A stretch of 64,000 nucleotides of DNA from an uncultured Planctomycetota bacterium. GTDB lineage: Bacteria; Planctomycetota; Planctomycetia; Isosphaerales; Isosphaeraceae. A program made the translations under genes and the position numbers. Below are positions 1 through 10,529 of the stretch, in pieces; positions within the stretch are counted from its first letter, which is position 1, and every line of letters starts with the position of its first letter. The stretch is from assembly GCA_963845755.1 (NCBI GenBank), contig CAWJTV010000045.1, positions 1-64,000 of the forward strand, in the 5' to 3' direction. Below the pieces are notes generated by a model. That model was not told the origin of the DNA. It did no database searches and saw only the letters and a list, made by a program, of their open reading frames with translations.

Positions 1-856
1 TGGCTCACTCCAAGCTCGGTCGGGTCCTCGCCGACAAAGGCCACCTTGACGAGGCAGCCGCCGCCTGGCGCGCGCCAGCCAGTTGAAGCCGGATGATGGC
101 GACGCCTACTATAACCTCGGCACTTCACTGATTAACATGGGTCGCGTCGACGAGGCACTGGCCCCCCTTCGCCGGGCCATCGACCTGATGCCCGATCATG
201 CCGAGAGTCACTGTAACCTCGGCCACGCGCTTTGGAAACTAGGGGAGTTTACCCAGGCTCTCATCCCCTTGGAGCGTGGGCACGAACTGGGCTCCCGACG
301 CAAGGATTGGCGCTATCCGTCGGCTCAGTGGGTGAAAGTATGCCGGAGGAGGATCGAGCTCGATGGCCGGCTGGCCGCCGTCCTCCGGGGTGAAGCGCAA
401 CCTGCGGATGCTGACGAGCGGGACGCGTATGCCCATCTCTGTTACGAAAAGAAGCGCTATGTCGCCGCCGCCCGCTTCTTCTCCCAGGGTCTGACCGCCG
501 ACCCGAAACCGGCCGACGACCTCGAAGACTGCCATCGCTACCAGGCCGCGTGCGCAGCGGCCCTGGCCGGCTGCGGCCGGGGGGATGACGCAGCTCAACT
601 GGATGGCCCGGAACGGGTCCGCTGGCGAAAGCAGGCTCTTGACTGGCTGCGGGCCGAACTGAAAGCGCACGGCGAGCTGCTGCCTGTGAGCAAGCCAGAT
701 GAGCGCCGGCGGCTTCAGGCATGGCTCCGGAGTTGGCAGTCCGACCAGGCATTGGCCGACCTGCGCGATGCGACTACGGTCACCCACTGGTCGGCCGCGG
801 AGCAGGAATCGTGCAAGCAGCTCTGGGCCGAGGTCCAGGCCTTGCTCGCCAAATAG
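1..856 (+). CDS. C-terminal part of a TPR-repeat protein, probably a Ser/Thr kinase-TPR protein (5' end outside window, frameshift near 70)
   Basis: TPR motifs (AYYNLG...GRVDEA, SHCNLGHAL) followed by RYQAACAAALAGCG...RWRKQALDWLRAEL, a tail typical of planctomycete kinase-TPR proteins; TPR-like reading (AHSKLGRVLADKGHLDEA) continues to position 1 in another frame. Confidence 0.75.
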
Positions 857-988
857 CTAATCGTCCTTCCATCCTCCTTTTGACGACCGACTTTTCAAGC
901 GGGCAACGCCCGGGCGCTCGGGTCTGCGCGCCACGGCGAATCCGTTGTCATCATGACGCAGACCGCACCTACCTGGGAGATCCAGACC

Positions 989-3900
989 ATGTTGTTGAAA
1001 CCGTTTCAGGAGCGGCGCGGCGAGTCTGCGCGCGACCGGCGTTCTCGAGCCCGCCGAAAGCCGGCACCCCAACGGCGCGTTCCGCGCCTTGACGTTCTTG
1101 AGGACCGGACTTTGCTCAGCACGCTGGTCGTCAAGAGCGCCCTTGACGACGGCTCTGCCGGCACCCTGCGCCTGTGCTGGCCGCGGCCAAGAGCGGCGAC
1201 ACCATCCAGTTCGCCCGCGCGCTCGATGGCCAAACCATCACCTTGACTCAGGGCCAGATAGTGGTCAACCAGAACGTGACCATCGCCGGCCCTGGCGCGA
1301 GCGAACTGGCAATCAGTGGCAATGCGGCGAGCCGGCTGTTCGAGATCGCCGGTGGCGCGAAAGTGACGATTTCCGGTCTGACGCTCACGGACGGCGTCGC
1401 CACCGACGGGGCCGGCGCCCTCAATGCGGGGAACCTGACGCTGACCCAGGACGTGCTCGGTGCTGACGTGGCGCAGGGGGTGGCCGGAGGCGGCCTGTTC
1501 GGCGACGGGGCCGGCCGGGGCGGCGGCGTGGAGAACGAGGCGGGGGCGACACTGACTGTCTCGCGAAGCACCTTCACGGGTGATCTGGCTCTCGGGGGCA
1601 CCGGCGGCGGCAATGCGTTCGGCGGCGCCATCGACGACGAAGCCGGCACGGTCACGATTGACCATAGCACGTTCACCGGCGACCAGGCCGTGGCCGCCAA
1701 TGGTGGTGCGGTGAGCGTGGCCGTGACGCTCCCAGGTGGCGTGAGCGCCAGCCTGCTTGGCGTCGCAGGCGGCGGTGGTGTCTGGAACGATGGCGGAGCG
1801 CTGACCGTCACCAACAGCACGCTGACGAACGACCTGGCGCAGGGCGGCAGCGACGGTAACGCCAGCTCCAGCACGGCGGCGCTCGTTGTGGTCGGCACGG
1901 CAATGGGCGGCGCCATCGGCGAGGGCGCCTTCTTTACGGCGGCAACGCCAGGCCTCGTCGTGGGCAACAGCACGTTCACGGGAAACCAATCCCTGGGCGG
2001 CTCCGACCTCCTGTATGCGGCCTCGAATTTCACCTTTCCGCTCCAACCCTTGGTTGATCCCGGCTCCGGCCGAGGCGGCGCGCTAGGGGCCGTCGCGGGC
2101 AACGTCTCCATCGCGCAGAGCACGCTCACCGGCAACACGGCCCAGGGTGGCAGCCTCGCCACCGATGTCGTGCACGGGGTAACGGTCCTCGTACTGGGCT
2201 CGAACGGTTACGGGGGCGGCATCGACGATGAGTTCGATTTCGGCGTTGCGCCGCCTCCCGCGGCCACCGCGCTCGCGATCGCTGGAACGACGATCAAGTC
2301 GAACGCAGCCCTGGGCAGCGGCCCCTCCGGGCCCGGATACGGCGGCGGTGTCGCGAGCGCGCAGGTGAACGCGAGCGTGAGCAACTGCATCGTAGAAGAC
2401 AATCACGCGACGGGGAGTTTCGGCGGCGGCTTCACCGGATCCACGTCAGGGACTTTTGCGTACACCTACGGGGGAGGGTCGGCTGACGGCGGTGGGCTGT
2501 ACTGCACATCCGGCGCGTTGACCATCAGCAACAGCGCCGTGGACGACAATCTCGCGCAAGGCGGTCCGGGCAGTGCCACCCTCGGCGGCGGGGGCGGCGG
2601 CGGGGGCGGCGTCAACTCCTCTGCGCCGCTGGTCCTGTCCAACGTGACCCTGGCCGGGAATCGGGCGGTCGGCGGCACGTCGACGGCTCCGCAGGACAGC
2701 GGTGCAGGCGCCGGCGGTGCAGGTGCAGGCGGGCTCTCCTGCGATTCGGCGACGATCACCAACACCGTTTTCACGGATAACCTCGCTATCGGCGGCGCGG
2801 ATGGCGCCGGCGTGGGTGGCGACGCGGGTTCTGGTGGCGCATCCACCGGAGCGCTGGACATGAGCAACTGCACGTTCACCGGCAACCAGGCTTTGGGGGG
2901 CGCAGGCTTTTTCGGAGGTATCGCGGAGGCCGGCGGATTGGGCGTCGGTTCCAATGGACCCAACGTCGAGGTGAGTAACACCAATTTCATTGGGAACAGC
3001 GCCATCGGCGGCGGCTCGATCATCGCCAACGAGAACAGTGGGGGCGGCAATGAGGGCATTGGGGGCGGCGTATCCGTTGTCCTTTTCACACCGTACTCGG
3101 GCGCGACGGCCACATTCACCAACTGCACTTTCCTGCAGGACGTCGCGGTCGGCGGGGCGGGTGCGGATGGTTCCGATGGTGAAGGTGGCGGCATGTTCGT
3201 GAGCGGCGAGAGTACCATGGCGCTCAGTGATTGCAATTTCACGCAATGCGAGGCCCAGGGCGGAGCCAGCGGTTTCAGCGACCCATTTGACCCATATGGC
3301 GGCTTCGCCAGCGGCGGCGGACTCGACGTCGATTACGTGAGTACCGTCGTCGTGTCGAACACCACGTTCACGCACGACCAGGCCATCGGAGGCGCCGGCG
3401 GTGCGGGCACCAGTGGCAGCCAGGGTGTGGCAGGGGCGTTTGCCCAGGGAGGTGGGATGAATGTTGACGGCGGCTCCAGCGCCACAGTCAATGGCTGCTC
3501 TTTCGTGCATGACGTGGCCTTAGGCGGTGCCGGCGGCGCAGGGGCAGCCGGTGCTGATGGTGGAGCAGGGGGTGCTGGCCAAGGCGGGGGCCTGTCCAAC
3601 ACCACGGATTCCACCACCAGCGTGAGCAATAGCCTCTTCATCTCGAACGTGGCACAAGGCGGCGCCGGCGGTGCTGGAGGAACCGGGGCCACGGGCGGTG
3701 TGGGTGGCGCGGGCCAGGGCGGCGGGCTGTGCCAGGCTGAAAGCTACCTGGCCACCTCGCTGACCGTGACCAACAGTACCATGACTCTGAACCAGGCACA
3801 GGGTGGTGCCGGCGGCGCAGCCGGCGGCACGGGCGGGGCGGGTGAGGGGGGTGGGCTCTTCAACTCGCCTGCGTTTTACAGTGGCCCCCCCACGCTTTCG

Positions 3901-4197
3901 ATCAGCAACTGCGCGATCCTTGCCAACACGGCCGAAGGCGGCGCCGGTGGCACGGGTGGCGATGGCGGAGACGGTCTAGGCGGTGGCATCTTCAACGACC
4001 AGGGAGCCACGGCCACGGTGACGGCGAGCGTCATCAGCGCCAACCTCGCTCTGGGTGGGCTGGCCGGCTCCGGCGGAAGCGCAGGCCAGGGCATCGGGGG
4101 AGGCATCTATAATCTCGGCACGTTTTCCCTCGATACTCTCTCCGTGGTCCTTGGCAACTATGCCTCCACGAGCAACGATAACAAGTTCGGGGTCTAG
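989..4197 (+). CDS. Large Gly/Ala-rich extracellular beta-helix/adhesin-like protein with planctomycete-type leader (frameshift near 1170)
   Basis: GGGAGA RBS before ATG 989; Arg-rich N-terminus with LDVLEDRTLLS; DDGSAGTLR joins AAAKSGDTIQF across a frameshift; repeated FTGNxAxGG...GGG(L/V/I)xN units. Confidence 0.8.
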
Positions 4198-4219
4198 GTT
4201 CGGCTAACGGCAGCACGCC

Positions 4220-4560
4220 ATGAACGACTCCTTCCGCCTGGCCCTGGAGAAACATCAACAGGGTTTCCCGGACCAGGCGGCTCAACTCGACTCTAAGGTG
4301 TTCAGCCGCGAACCTGAGCATGCGGACGCTTTGCACTTGCTGGGCGTGGTGGCACATCAGCAAGGCCGACATTCTCAGGCCATCGGGTTGATCCGCCAGG
4401 CCCTGGCACTCAAGCCGGGCATGGCGATGTATGACGCCAATCTTGCCGAAGCGTACCGCACCCCGGCTGAGTATGAACTGGCCGCTGCGAGCGCTACGAC
4501 CGCGTTGCGGCTACGGCCGGACTTTGCTGAGCCAGCCAACACGCTCGGTCTGCTCTTAGA
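4220..4560 (+). pseudogene. Truncated TPR protein (N-terminal TPRs only)
   Basis: HADALHLLGVVAHQQG and PDFAEPANTLGLLL TPR motifs; similarity is lost at ~4557 (TTAGAGC...) just before the mobile-element nest. Confidence 0.65.
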
Positions 4561-4625
4561 GCAACCTCCAATCGGTCTCGAAAACCGGAGTTGGTGTTGT
4601 GCGCTTCGGTGTGATCGACGATTGG

Positions 4626-5424
4626 GTGCGCCGTGGCTAAGGTTTGTCTGGTCTTGTCGGGAGTGCCCCGACCCCGCTGGAAGAAGGCGGGTAAAACGTT
4701 CCGCTGACCTTCAACCGAAAGGATCGAGGGGACAACAGCATGCGGAAGAAGCGACGTGAGGCCCAGCGTCAAAGGGCCGAGAGACGTTCGCAAGTTAGGC
4801 CACGCATGGGTAAGGCTGGATTGCTTGAACTCCAGTCCCAGTGGGTGTGCTCGATCACCGCCGGGAATGACGCTGAAACCCGGATTCCTGTCTCACGGGG
4901 GCATGCCATTCACCTCCGTGATCTTCCGGCAGGACACACCCTGCAATGAGCAGGGGCAAGGGATGAACGGAGGCCCTCAACGTGGACCGGACCTGACAGA
5001 CAACCACGGGATCGCCTAACGGCAGCAATGCCCAAGGCGACAGAGTCCCCGTAGTAGGCATCGGCCCAAGGGGGACAGGACACAGGGCTTCACCAAGAAA
5101 GGGGTGACTCGGATGAGTCATTCAGCCCTACTCAGGCTTGAAGCACTGCGGAACGAAAGATGGAGGGCAAACCTGTCGGTGGGTTTGCCTGGCTGATGCG
5201 ACTCCAGAACCGGAAGCAAGTGCCCGTCTGCCGAGAGTGCCACCGTAAGATCCACCGAGGAGAATATGATGGCCTCCGACTGGCGGACCTGGCATACCGG
5301 GTTGGACCGTGACACAAATGTAGATCCTGTGTCTGGAGAGCCGGATGCACGAAAACGTGCCTGTCCGGTTCGGGAGGGGGCGGTTGGATTCCCTTGAGAT
5401 CAAGGGGCTGGCCGCCTACCTCAT
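4626..5424 (+). mobile_element. Group IIA (mitochondrial-like lineage) intron with internally deleted intron-encoded protein
   Basis: 5' GTGCG at 4626; DI closing stem CCGTGG 4631-4636/CCACGG 5004-5009; DII hairpin; DIII GTCCCC-GTAGTAG...GGGGAC 5045-5076; DIV stem GACACAGG 5079-5086/CCTGTGTC 5326-5333; 34-nt DV 5338-5371 with AGC triad; DVI with bulged A5418 seven nt from the CAT 3' end. Confidence 0.93.
5113..5312 (+). pseudogene. Remnant of group II intron RT/maturase: N-terminal peptide joined out of frame to C-terminal HNH endonuclease fragment
   Basis: ATG 5113 MSHSALLRLEALR, then frame 5154-5312 RKMEGKPVGGFAWLMRLQNRKQVPVCRECHRKIHRGEYDG..., matching the NRKQxPxCxxCHxxxH motif of ML-class IEP En domains. 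Confidence 0.85.
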
Positions 5425-5640
5425 CACTAGCTTAAGCACAAATCATTAGTTCTAAAAGAGTTGCGCTCGCGGCTGGCGGGTTTTCCGTCGCCAATATCCA
5501 ACTGTGATTATCTTGTTGGTGACGGAAGAGCCGGGAAACATGGGGCTATAGGCGGTGCCCCTGGGATCAGGTCCAAGGAGCCTGTAGGCTCTCTGTTCAC
5601 AAGTCTAAGCCCGATCGGATGTTGCGCTTAAGCTAGTGCC
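5425..5640. mobile_element. Non-autonomous IS4-like element (MITE, ~220 bp) whose left TIR is split by the intron
   Basis: CACTAGCTTAAGCACAA 5425-5441 versus reverse complement of TTGCGCTTAAGCTAGTG 5622-5638 (16/17); removing the intron restores GG|CACTAG to match CTAGTGCC; no ORF inside. Confidence 0.75.
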
Positions 5641-5741
5641 TTTCGTCGGATCGACCGAAGCACCCTCGAAATATGCCTGTGATTCGACGCCACTCTGTGC
5701 GTTTGTCACCTTCGACTCGTGAACGGGTACTAATTTTGTAA

Positions 5742-6300
5742 TTAAATATGTTCTTTTGCATTCATCTGCCAGGTCTCATGGGCTACGGTCGCCCGGTCCA
5801 GGTCAACCCGCGGCGGGCGACCCGCCGGGGCTGGGGACAGATCGGCTCGCACGAACCAACGTTGGAGAGTTCGTTCCGAGAGAACCGACTGTCCCGGGGC
5901 CATCAGGAGCAACTGCACACGGATCGAGCCAGCTCCCCAAGTGGGGTGCTCGCGGCGTAGCTGTACGGCGGTCTGCACCATCTCGGAGGGCGCCGTGAAG
6001 TTGGCCGAGCGGTAGCGGTAGTCTGGCGAGATACCGTCGCGACCGCGGAGCCGAAACCTCTGGAGGAGACGGCGAACCGTGGAGCCCGGCAAGCCCAAGG
6101 ATGCGGCGATCTGGCGGGTCCCGCAGCCCTGTTTCCAGTTCCGGAAGATCATCTGACGGATCGGGACGGGAATGGGACGTGGCATGGTCAAACCTCGAAA
6201 AAGCATAACCATAAGAGCAACCGCCCCATACTGTACCAATGTCGTGACGCGATCAAACCGGGTGTCGGGATTTCGCGATCCAACTTGGTGTCGCGTGACA
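5742..6300 (-). mobile_element. Truncated IS remnant: HTH + start of rve/DDE transposase, with left end TGTCACGCGACA... at 6300
   Basis: MPRPIPVPIRQMIF...TVRRLLQRF...RREHPTWGAG.IR...SERTLQRW...HETWQMNAKE stops prematurely; minus-strand end starts TGT and carries two CGACA-N8-GATCGCG repeats. Confidence 0.7.
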
Positions 6301-6368
6301 GGGGCGTCAGCCCCCTGTCCCGTGGGCGACGGCCCTCGAAGACAGGGGGCTGACGCCCCCCGCTCGCC
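6301..6368. repeat. REP-like GC-rich palindrome
   Basis: Perfect 19-bp inverted repeat GGGGCGTCAGCCCCCTGTC 6301-6319 / GACAGGGGGCTGACGCCCC 6341-6359, followed by CCGCTCGCC. Confidence 0.8.
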
Positions 6369-6470
6369 CTTCCGGAACAGACTCTCAGATCCTGGATCAC
6401 CGGCCTACTCATTGGTACAATCCGATTCAACTTCTGCCGGACACGACCCCGTGAACACGGTCGGCGCCAA

Positions 6471-8308
6471 TATGATCGATTTCCCAATGGCCAATGCGGA
6501 AGCCCGCATGTCGGCACGACGATGGCCGACCTTCCAGGCCCGCGCGGTGTACGGCGCACTGCTCCTCGCGTTCTTATGGATCTTCCAGCTAAACCACGAG
6601 GGTTGGTTGGCCGGCCTGCCGCTCTCCACGAGGGAGTTGGCCGAGTTTGCCGCGGCGGCATTCGAATGGCTGGCCGTGGGCCAGGCGCTCATTGTGCTGG
6701 CGCTTGTGCCGGCGCTGGTGGCCGGAACGCTGGCCGAGGAGCGGTCGCGCCGGACACTCCCCGGGCTGCTGGCTTCTCGTCTGTCGAGTGCGGCGATCAT
6801 CCTGGATAAGATGGCGGCGCGGATGCTCCACGTCAGCATAATCCTGGCCGTTGGATTGCCGATCACCTTCTTGTTGGGTCTGCTCGGCGGCGTCGATCCT
6901 CGGTCCGTCGTTTATGCGTACGGTGGAACGTTCTCGACAGCCTTCTTCCTGGCCGCCCTGTCTCTGCTCGTCTCGGTGTACGCAAGGGGACCGAAGGGCG
7001 CGGTCCTGATCGTCTACGTGATCGAGGTCATCTGGCTGGTGGTCCCCTGGCTCGTCGATTTCGCCATGGTGTCGGGGACGTGGGCCTGGTTGTGGGCTCT
7101 CGCGCCGGTGAACGACTGGATCTTGCCGTCCACGCCGCTCTCGCTGTTCGCCCCCGCAACCTCGTCGGCCTGGTCCGGCCAAGGGCCGATCGCGTGGTTG
7201 CTCAGCCGGGTCCGACTGATCCCGCCGGTGAACTTGGCGGCTGGCGGAGGAGGTCCGGGTTCCCTCGCCGTGCCGTTGGGCGAGATGGTTAGACTGCAAC
7301 TCGCCTATGGCGCGACATTCCTCGTGTGCGCCGCGTGGCGGCTTCGTCCGGTCGCCCGCCGGCTCGCGGACGGCCCGCGACGGCGGGCGGTCCGCGCTCG
7401 GTTTCGCGCCCGGTCCCGACCGGCCTGCGGCGACGATCCGATGCTCTGGAAGGAGCGCTACTTCCCGGATGATGGCCCGGTCCGACTCATAATCTGGATG
7501 GGCATGCTCGTCCTCGGCATTCTTATCCTGCGCAGTCATGAAGCCTTCACCCACAACTATCGCCTCGCTCTCGACGAGCTTTTCATCTACGGCTACGGTA
7601 CGGGGGGACCGCTTGGCTCCGGCGCGAGCACCAGAGCGGGGTTTATGGATAACTTGACCGACTATTCCATTATGTTTTACGTTGTCGCGCTGGTGGCGGT
7701 CGCCGTGGAGTCGGCGACCGGCGTGACGAGCGAGCGCGAGGCAAGGACCTGGGACGGGTTGCTCGGCACGCCGCTGGAACCCGCCGAGGTCGTCCGGGCG
7801 AAAGTGCTCGGAGCGTTCGTCCGGCGACGTGCGCATGCTGCTGTTGGTGCTCATCCCCTGGCTTGTCGGGCTGGCAGTTGGGGCGTTGCACCCCGTCGGA
7901 TTGCTCCTGGCGATCGCGGGCCTGGCGGCGTTCCTGTGGTTCGCCGCGGCGCTCGGTATTCTGTTCTCGCTGCGATCCAGGAGCTCGCGCCAGGCCCTGG
8001 CCCGGACGCTTGGCGTCTTGCTGGTACTGAACCTCGGGACGCTGTTGGTCGGCAGACTCTGGTTGGGGTCCTTCGAGTTCGGGATCCTGTTCGGCAACAC
8101 GGCCGTCCTGCTGCATTTCTTGCCAATATCGACTTATCACATGAACGCTTTAGTTCATCATTTTAAGTTGTTCCCCCCGGGCCTTCTCTTGGGCAGCGTC
8201 TCTGCTTATGCCGCCCTCGCCTGGGTCTTTTCCCGGGCCGCGACTCGCGGGTTCGACGCGGCCGCGGACCGGCCTCGGCGCATGCCATCGAGCCACCGCT
8301 CGGCTTGA
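6471..8308 (+). CDS. ABC-2 type transporter permease with duplicated membrane domains (frameshift near 7825); start uncertain
   Basis: AGTLAEERSRRTLPGLLASRLS and ATGVTSEREARTWDGLLGTPL motifs; DDPMLWKE linker; many TM segments. Confidence 0.8.
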
Positions 8309-8559
8309 CCGGGGCGACCGGTTCTTCAACAAAAGGGGAGGACGTCGTTCTTTGAAGATTGCATCAGTCAAATAAATATTTTATGATACGATGACCGTGC
8401 GCAAAGCGGACAGAGACGTCTGCGGAACCTGCGGGACCGTTGCTCCACGAGTGGTGATGGCAAGTCCTCGACACGCCTGATGCCCTCTGTTTTATCGGCA
8501 GCGTATTGTGCGGGTCCCCTCCTCGGCGATCCAGGCCCATCCTGCGAGACTGAAGAATC

Positions 8560-9116
8560 AGACTCAAACGGCTGATAGCCTCAAGATCCACCCAACTTCC
8601 TTACTAAAGTCTCAGATTTCCATCGACTATCTTGATCAAGGCGTTGTCAATTATTGTGATCACTCTCAGACGGCAACCCGTGGCCGAGCGTTTGACTGGA
8701 GACTTCTGGATCGTATTGAAGCCGAGGTTCTTCGGACAGCGGATGTATGTCCCGTTCTGCGATCGGCGAATCGACGAGGAGAAGAGGGCGTGGGTTATCG
8801 AGTCGTTTGATGCGTCGAGAAGGACAGAGCCGAGCATCGATTTGGAAGGACTCGACGCATTCACAGCCTCGTCGTGCGCAGAGAAGCGGCGTTGAAGGCG
8901 GAGCTAGCAGTCCTCCGTCAACGCGATCCTTCGTCGATACCGATTGCCGAGTTGGACCTTTGGGGAGTACGTCCCACCCTCAGTGCCGGGCCGGCCTCGA
9001 GACCCTCGCGGGATCTCTGCTCCCATTCGGCGAGTGATCTGAAGCGCGACATCGGCCTCTCCGAGAATTTCGTCGAGAAGCTGAGAGAGAATCTCTTTGA
9101 CGCGGGCGATTACTAA
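8560..9116 (+). pseudogene. Frameshifted hypothetical protein with possible C-terminal RNA polymerase alpha-CTD-like domain
   Basis: SIPIAELDL.GVR..., RAGLETLA (alternate frame) and DLCSHSASDLKRDIGLSENFVEKLRENL resemble the alpha-CTD HhH pattern; locally lower GC. Confidence 0.4.
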
Positions 9117-9157
9117 TTTCGTCCCAGAAGCCACACTTTCTAAGTTAGATTTTGACA

Positions 9158-9241
9158 TATAATATTATCGTTTGCGCGTATAGTGAACATACGCTACCGT
9201 AATTCTCCCTCCGCCACCTGTTATTCCACCTGTTAACAGGT
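9158..9241. repeat. Conserved boundary motif, copy 1 (putative mobile-element end)
   Basis: TATAATATTATCGTT 9158-9172, then CACCTGTT-ATTC-CACCTGTT-AA-CAGGT 9215-9241; second copy at 41286-41352. Confidence 0.65.
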
Positions 9242-9257
9242 AGCGAGCCCGGTGGGA

Positions 9258-9303
9258 ACGAAATCAGCCTCCCTCGGCCCAGCGGCCGGTCGAGGGAGGT
9301 TGA
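9258..9303 (-). terminator. Probable intrinsic terminator of the ffh-rplS operon
   Basis: CCTCCCTCG/CGAGGGAGG stem followed on the minus strand by TTTCGTT, ~35 bp after the rplS stop. Confidence 0.5.
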
Positions 9304-9336
9304 CTTCGACGAATCCGAGTGCCCGGGAAGGGGGAA

Positions 9337-9786
9337 TCAGATCCCTGCCTTGGCCTTGGCCTTGGCTTCCTTCTTGGCGATCCGGGCCGCGCGGCGTTCG
9401 GCCTTGGCGGCCTTGGCCTCCGCCGAACCGGCCGTGCTCGAGAACCGCTCCTTGAGCCGCACGGCCTTGCCCGAGCGCTGCCGCAGGTAATAGAGCTTGG
9501 CGCGACGGACCTTGCCCGAGCGTTTGACCACGATGTCGGCGATTCGCGGCGAATGCAACGGGATCTTCCGTTCGACGCCTTCTCCTTGCACGATCCGGCG
9601 CACGATCACCATCTCGCGCGGTCCGCTCCCGGATCGGCCGATCACGACGCCGTTAAAGATCTGGATCCGCTCCTTATCGCCCTCGAGGATACGCACATGC
9701 ACGTCGACCGTATCGCCAATGTCGAATGAGGGGATCGTTGTTTTCATCGTGGATTCTTCCACGACGCTCATCAGTCGGTTTTGCAT
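9337..9786 (-). CDS. rplS: 50S ribosomal protein L19
   Basis: GDTVDVHVRILEGDKERIQIFNG, GVERKIPLHSP, GKVRRAKLYYLR motifs. Confidence 0.98.
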   Translation of the reverse strand: MQNRLMSVVEESTMKTTIPSFDIGDTVDVHVRILEGDKERIQIFNGVVIGRSGSGPREMVIVRRIVQGEGVERKIPLHSPRIADIVVKRSGKVRRAKLYYLRQRSGKAVRLKERFSSTAGSAEAKAAKAERRAARIAKKEAKAKAKAGI

Positions 9787-9832
9787 CGTTCATCCCTTTT
9801 TGGTTATTGTCCATTGGTCATACCACCAATGA

Positions 9833-10504
9833 CTAATGACGAGAACGCCGATGTTGCTTCCGCCAGCGAGCGATCGCGGCGTGGTCCCCGCTCAGGAGGA
9901 TCTCGGGGACGGTCCGGCCACGAAAGTCGCGAGGCCGTGTATACTGAGGGTATTCGAGACCGCCGTCCGGTCCGAAGGATTCATCGATTGCGCTCCGGGC
10001 GTCCCCAAGGACGCCCGGAATCAGCCGGACGACCGCGTCGATCACCACCATCGCGGCGACTTCTCCCCCCGAGAGGATGAAGTCGCCCACTGAGAGCAAT
10101 TCCGGACCGAGGATCTCGATGACGCGCTCGTCGAAGCCCTCGTATCGTCCACAGACCAGGATCAGTCGCGTCTCGAGGGCCAGCTCGGCGGCCTGTTCCT
10201 GATCGAACCGGCGCCCCTGGGGCGAGAGGACGATCAGGCGACCGGGCGGCTCGGCGGCCGACACCACCGCTTCGGCGGCCGACACCACCGGCGGAGCCAT
10301 CAGGATCATTCCAGGACCGCCGCCGAACGGGCGATCGTTGACCGGCTTGTGCTTTCCCTCCGCCCACGAACGGATGTCCCACCGCTCGATCGCGACCAGC
10401 CCCTTGGTCATCGCCCGATGGACGATGCTCTGGCTCAAGAAACCGTCGAAGAGGGCCGGGAAGAGCGTCAGCACGTCGATGCGATGCAGCGGCGAACCTG
10501 CCAT
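9833..10504 (-). CDS. trmD: tRNA (guanine-N1)-methyltransferase
   Basis: DVLTLFP, DRPFGGGPGM, LSPQG, CGRYEGFDER, GDFILSGGE, YPQYTRP. Confidence 0.98.
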   Translation of the reverse strand: MAGSPLHRIDVLTLFPALFDGFLSQSIVHRAMTKGLVAIERWDIRSWAEGKHKPVNDRPFGGGPGMILMAPPVVSAAEAVVSAAEPPGRLIVLSPQGRRFDQEQAAELALETRLILVCGRYEGFDERVIEILGPELLSVGDFILSGGEVAAMVVIDAVVRLIPGVLGDARSAIDESFGPDGGLEYPQYTRPRDFRGRTVPEILLSGDHAAIARWRKQHRRSRH

Positions 10505-10529
10505 GGAGGCGACGGTGTCCGTCCTCCCG

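Noticed and set aside
4599..4603. Alternative intron 5' end GTGCG at 4599
   Set aside because: Only the start at 4626 gives the DI closing stem and correct IBS1/IBS2 spacing; 4599 belongs to the flanking palindrome.
4626..5424. Retron or diversity-generating retroelement
   Set aside because: No RT ORF and no template/variable repeat pair; the structure is clearly a group II intron.
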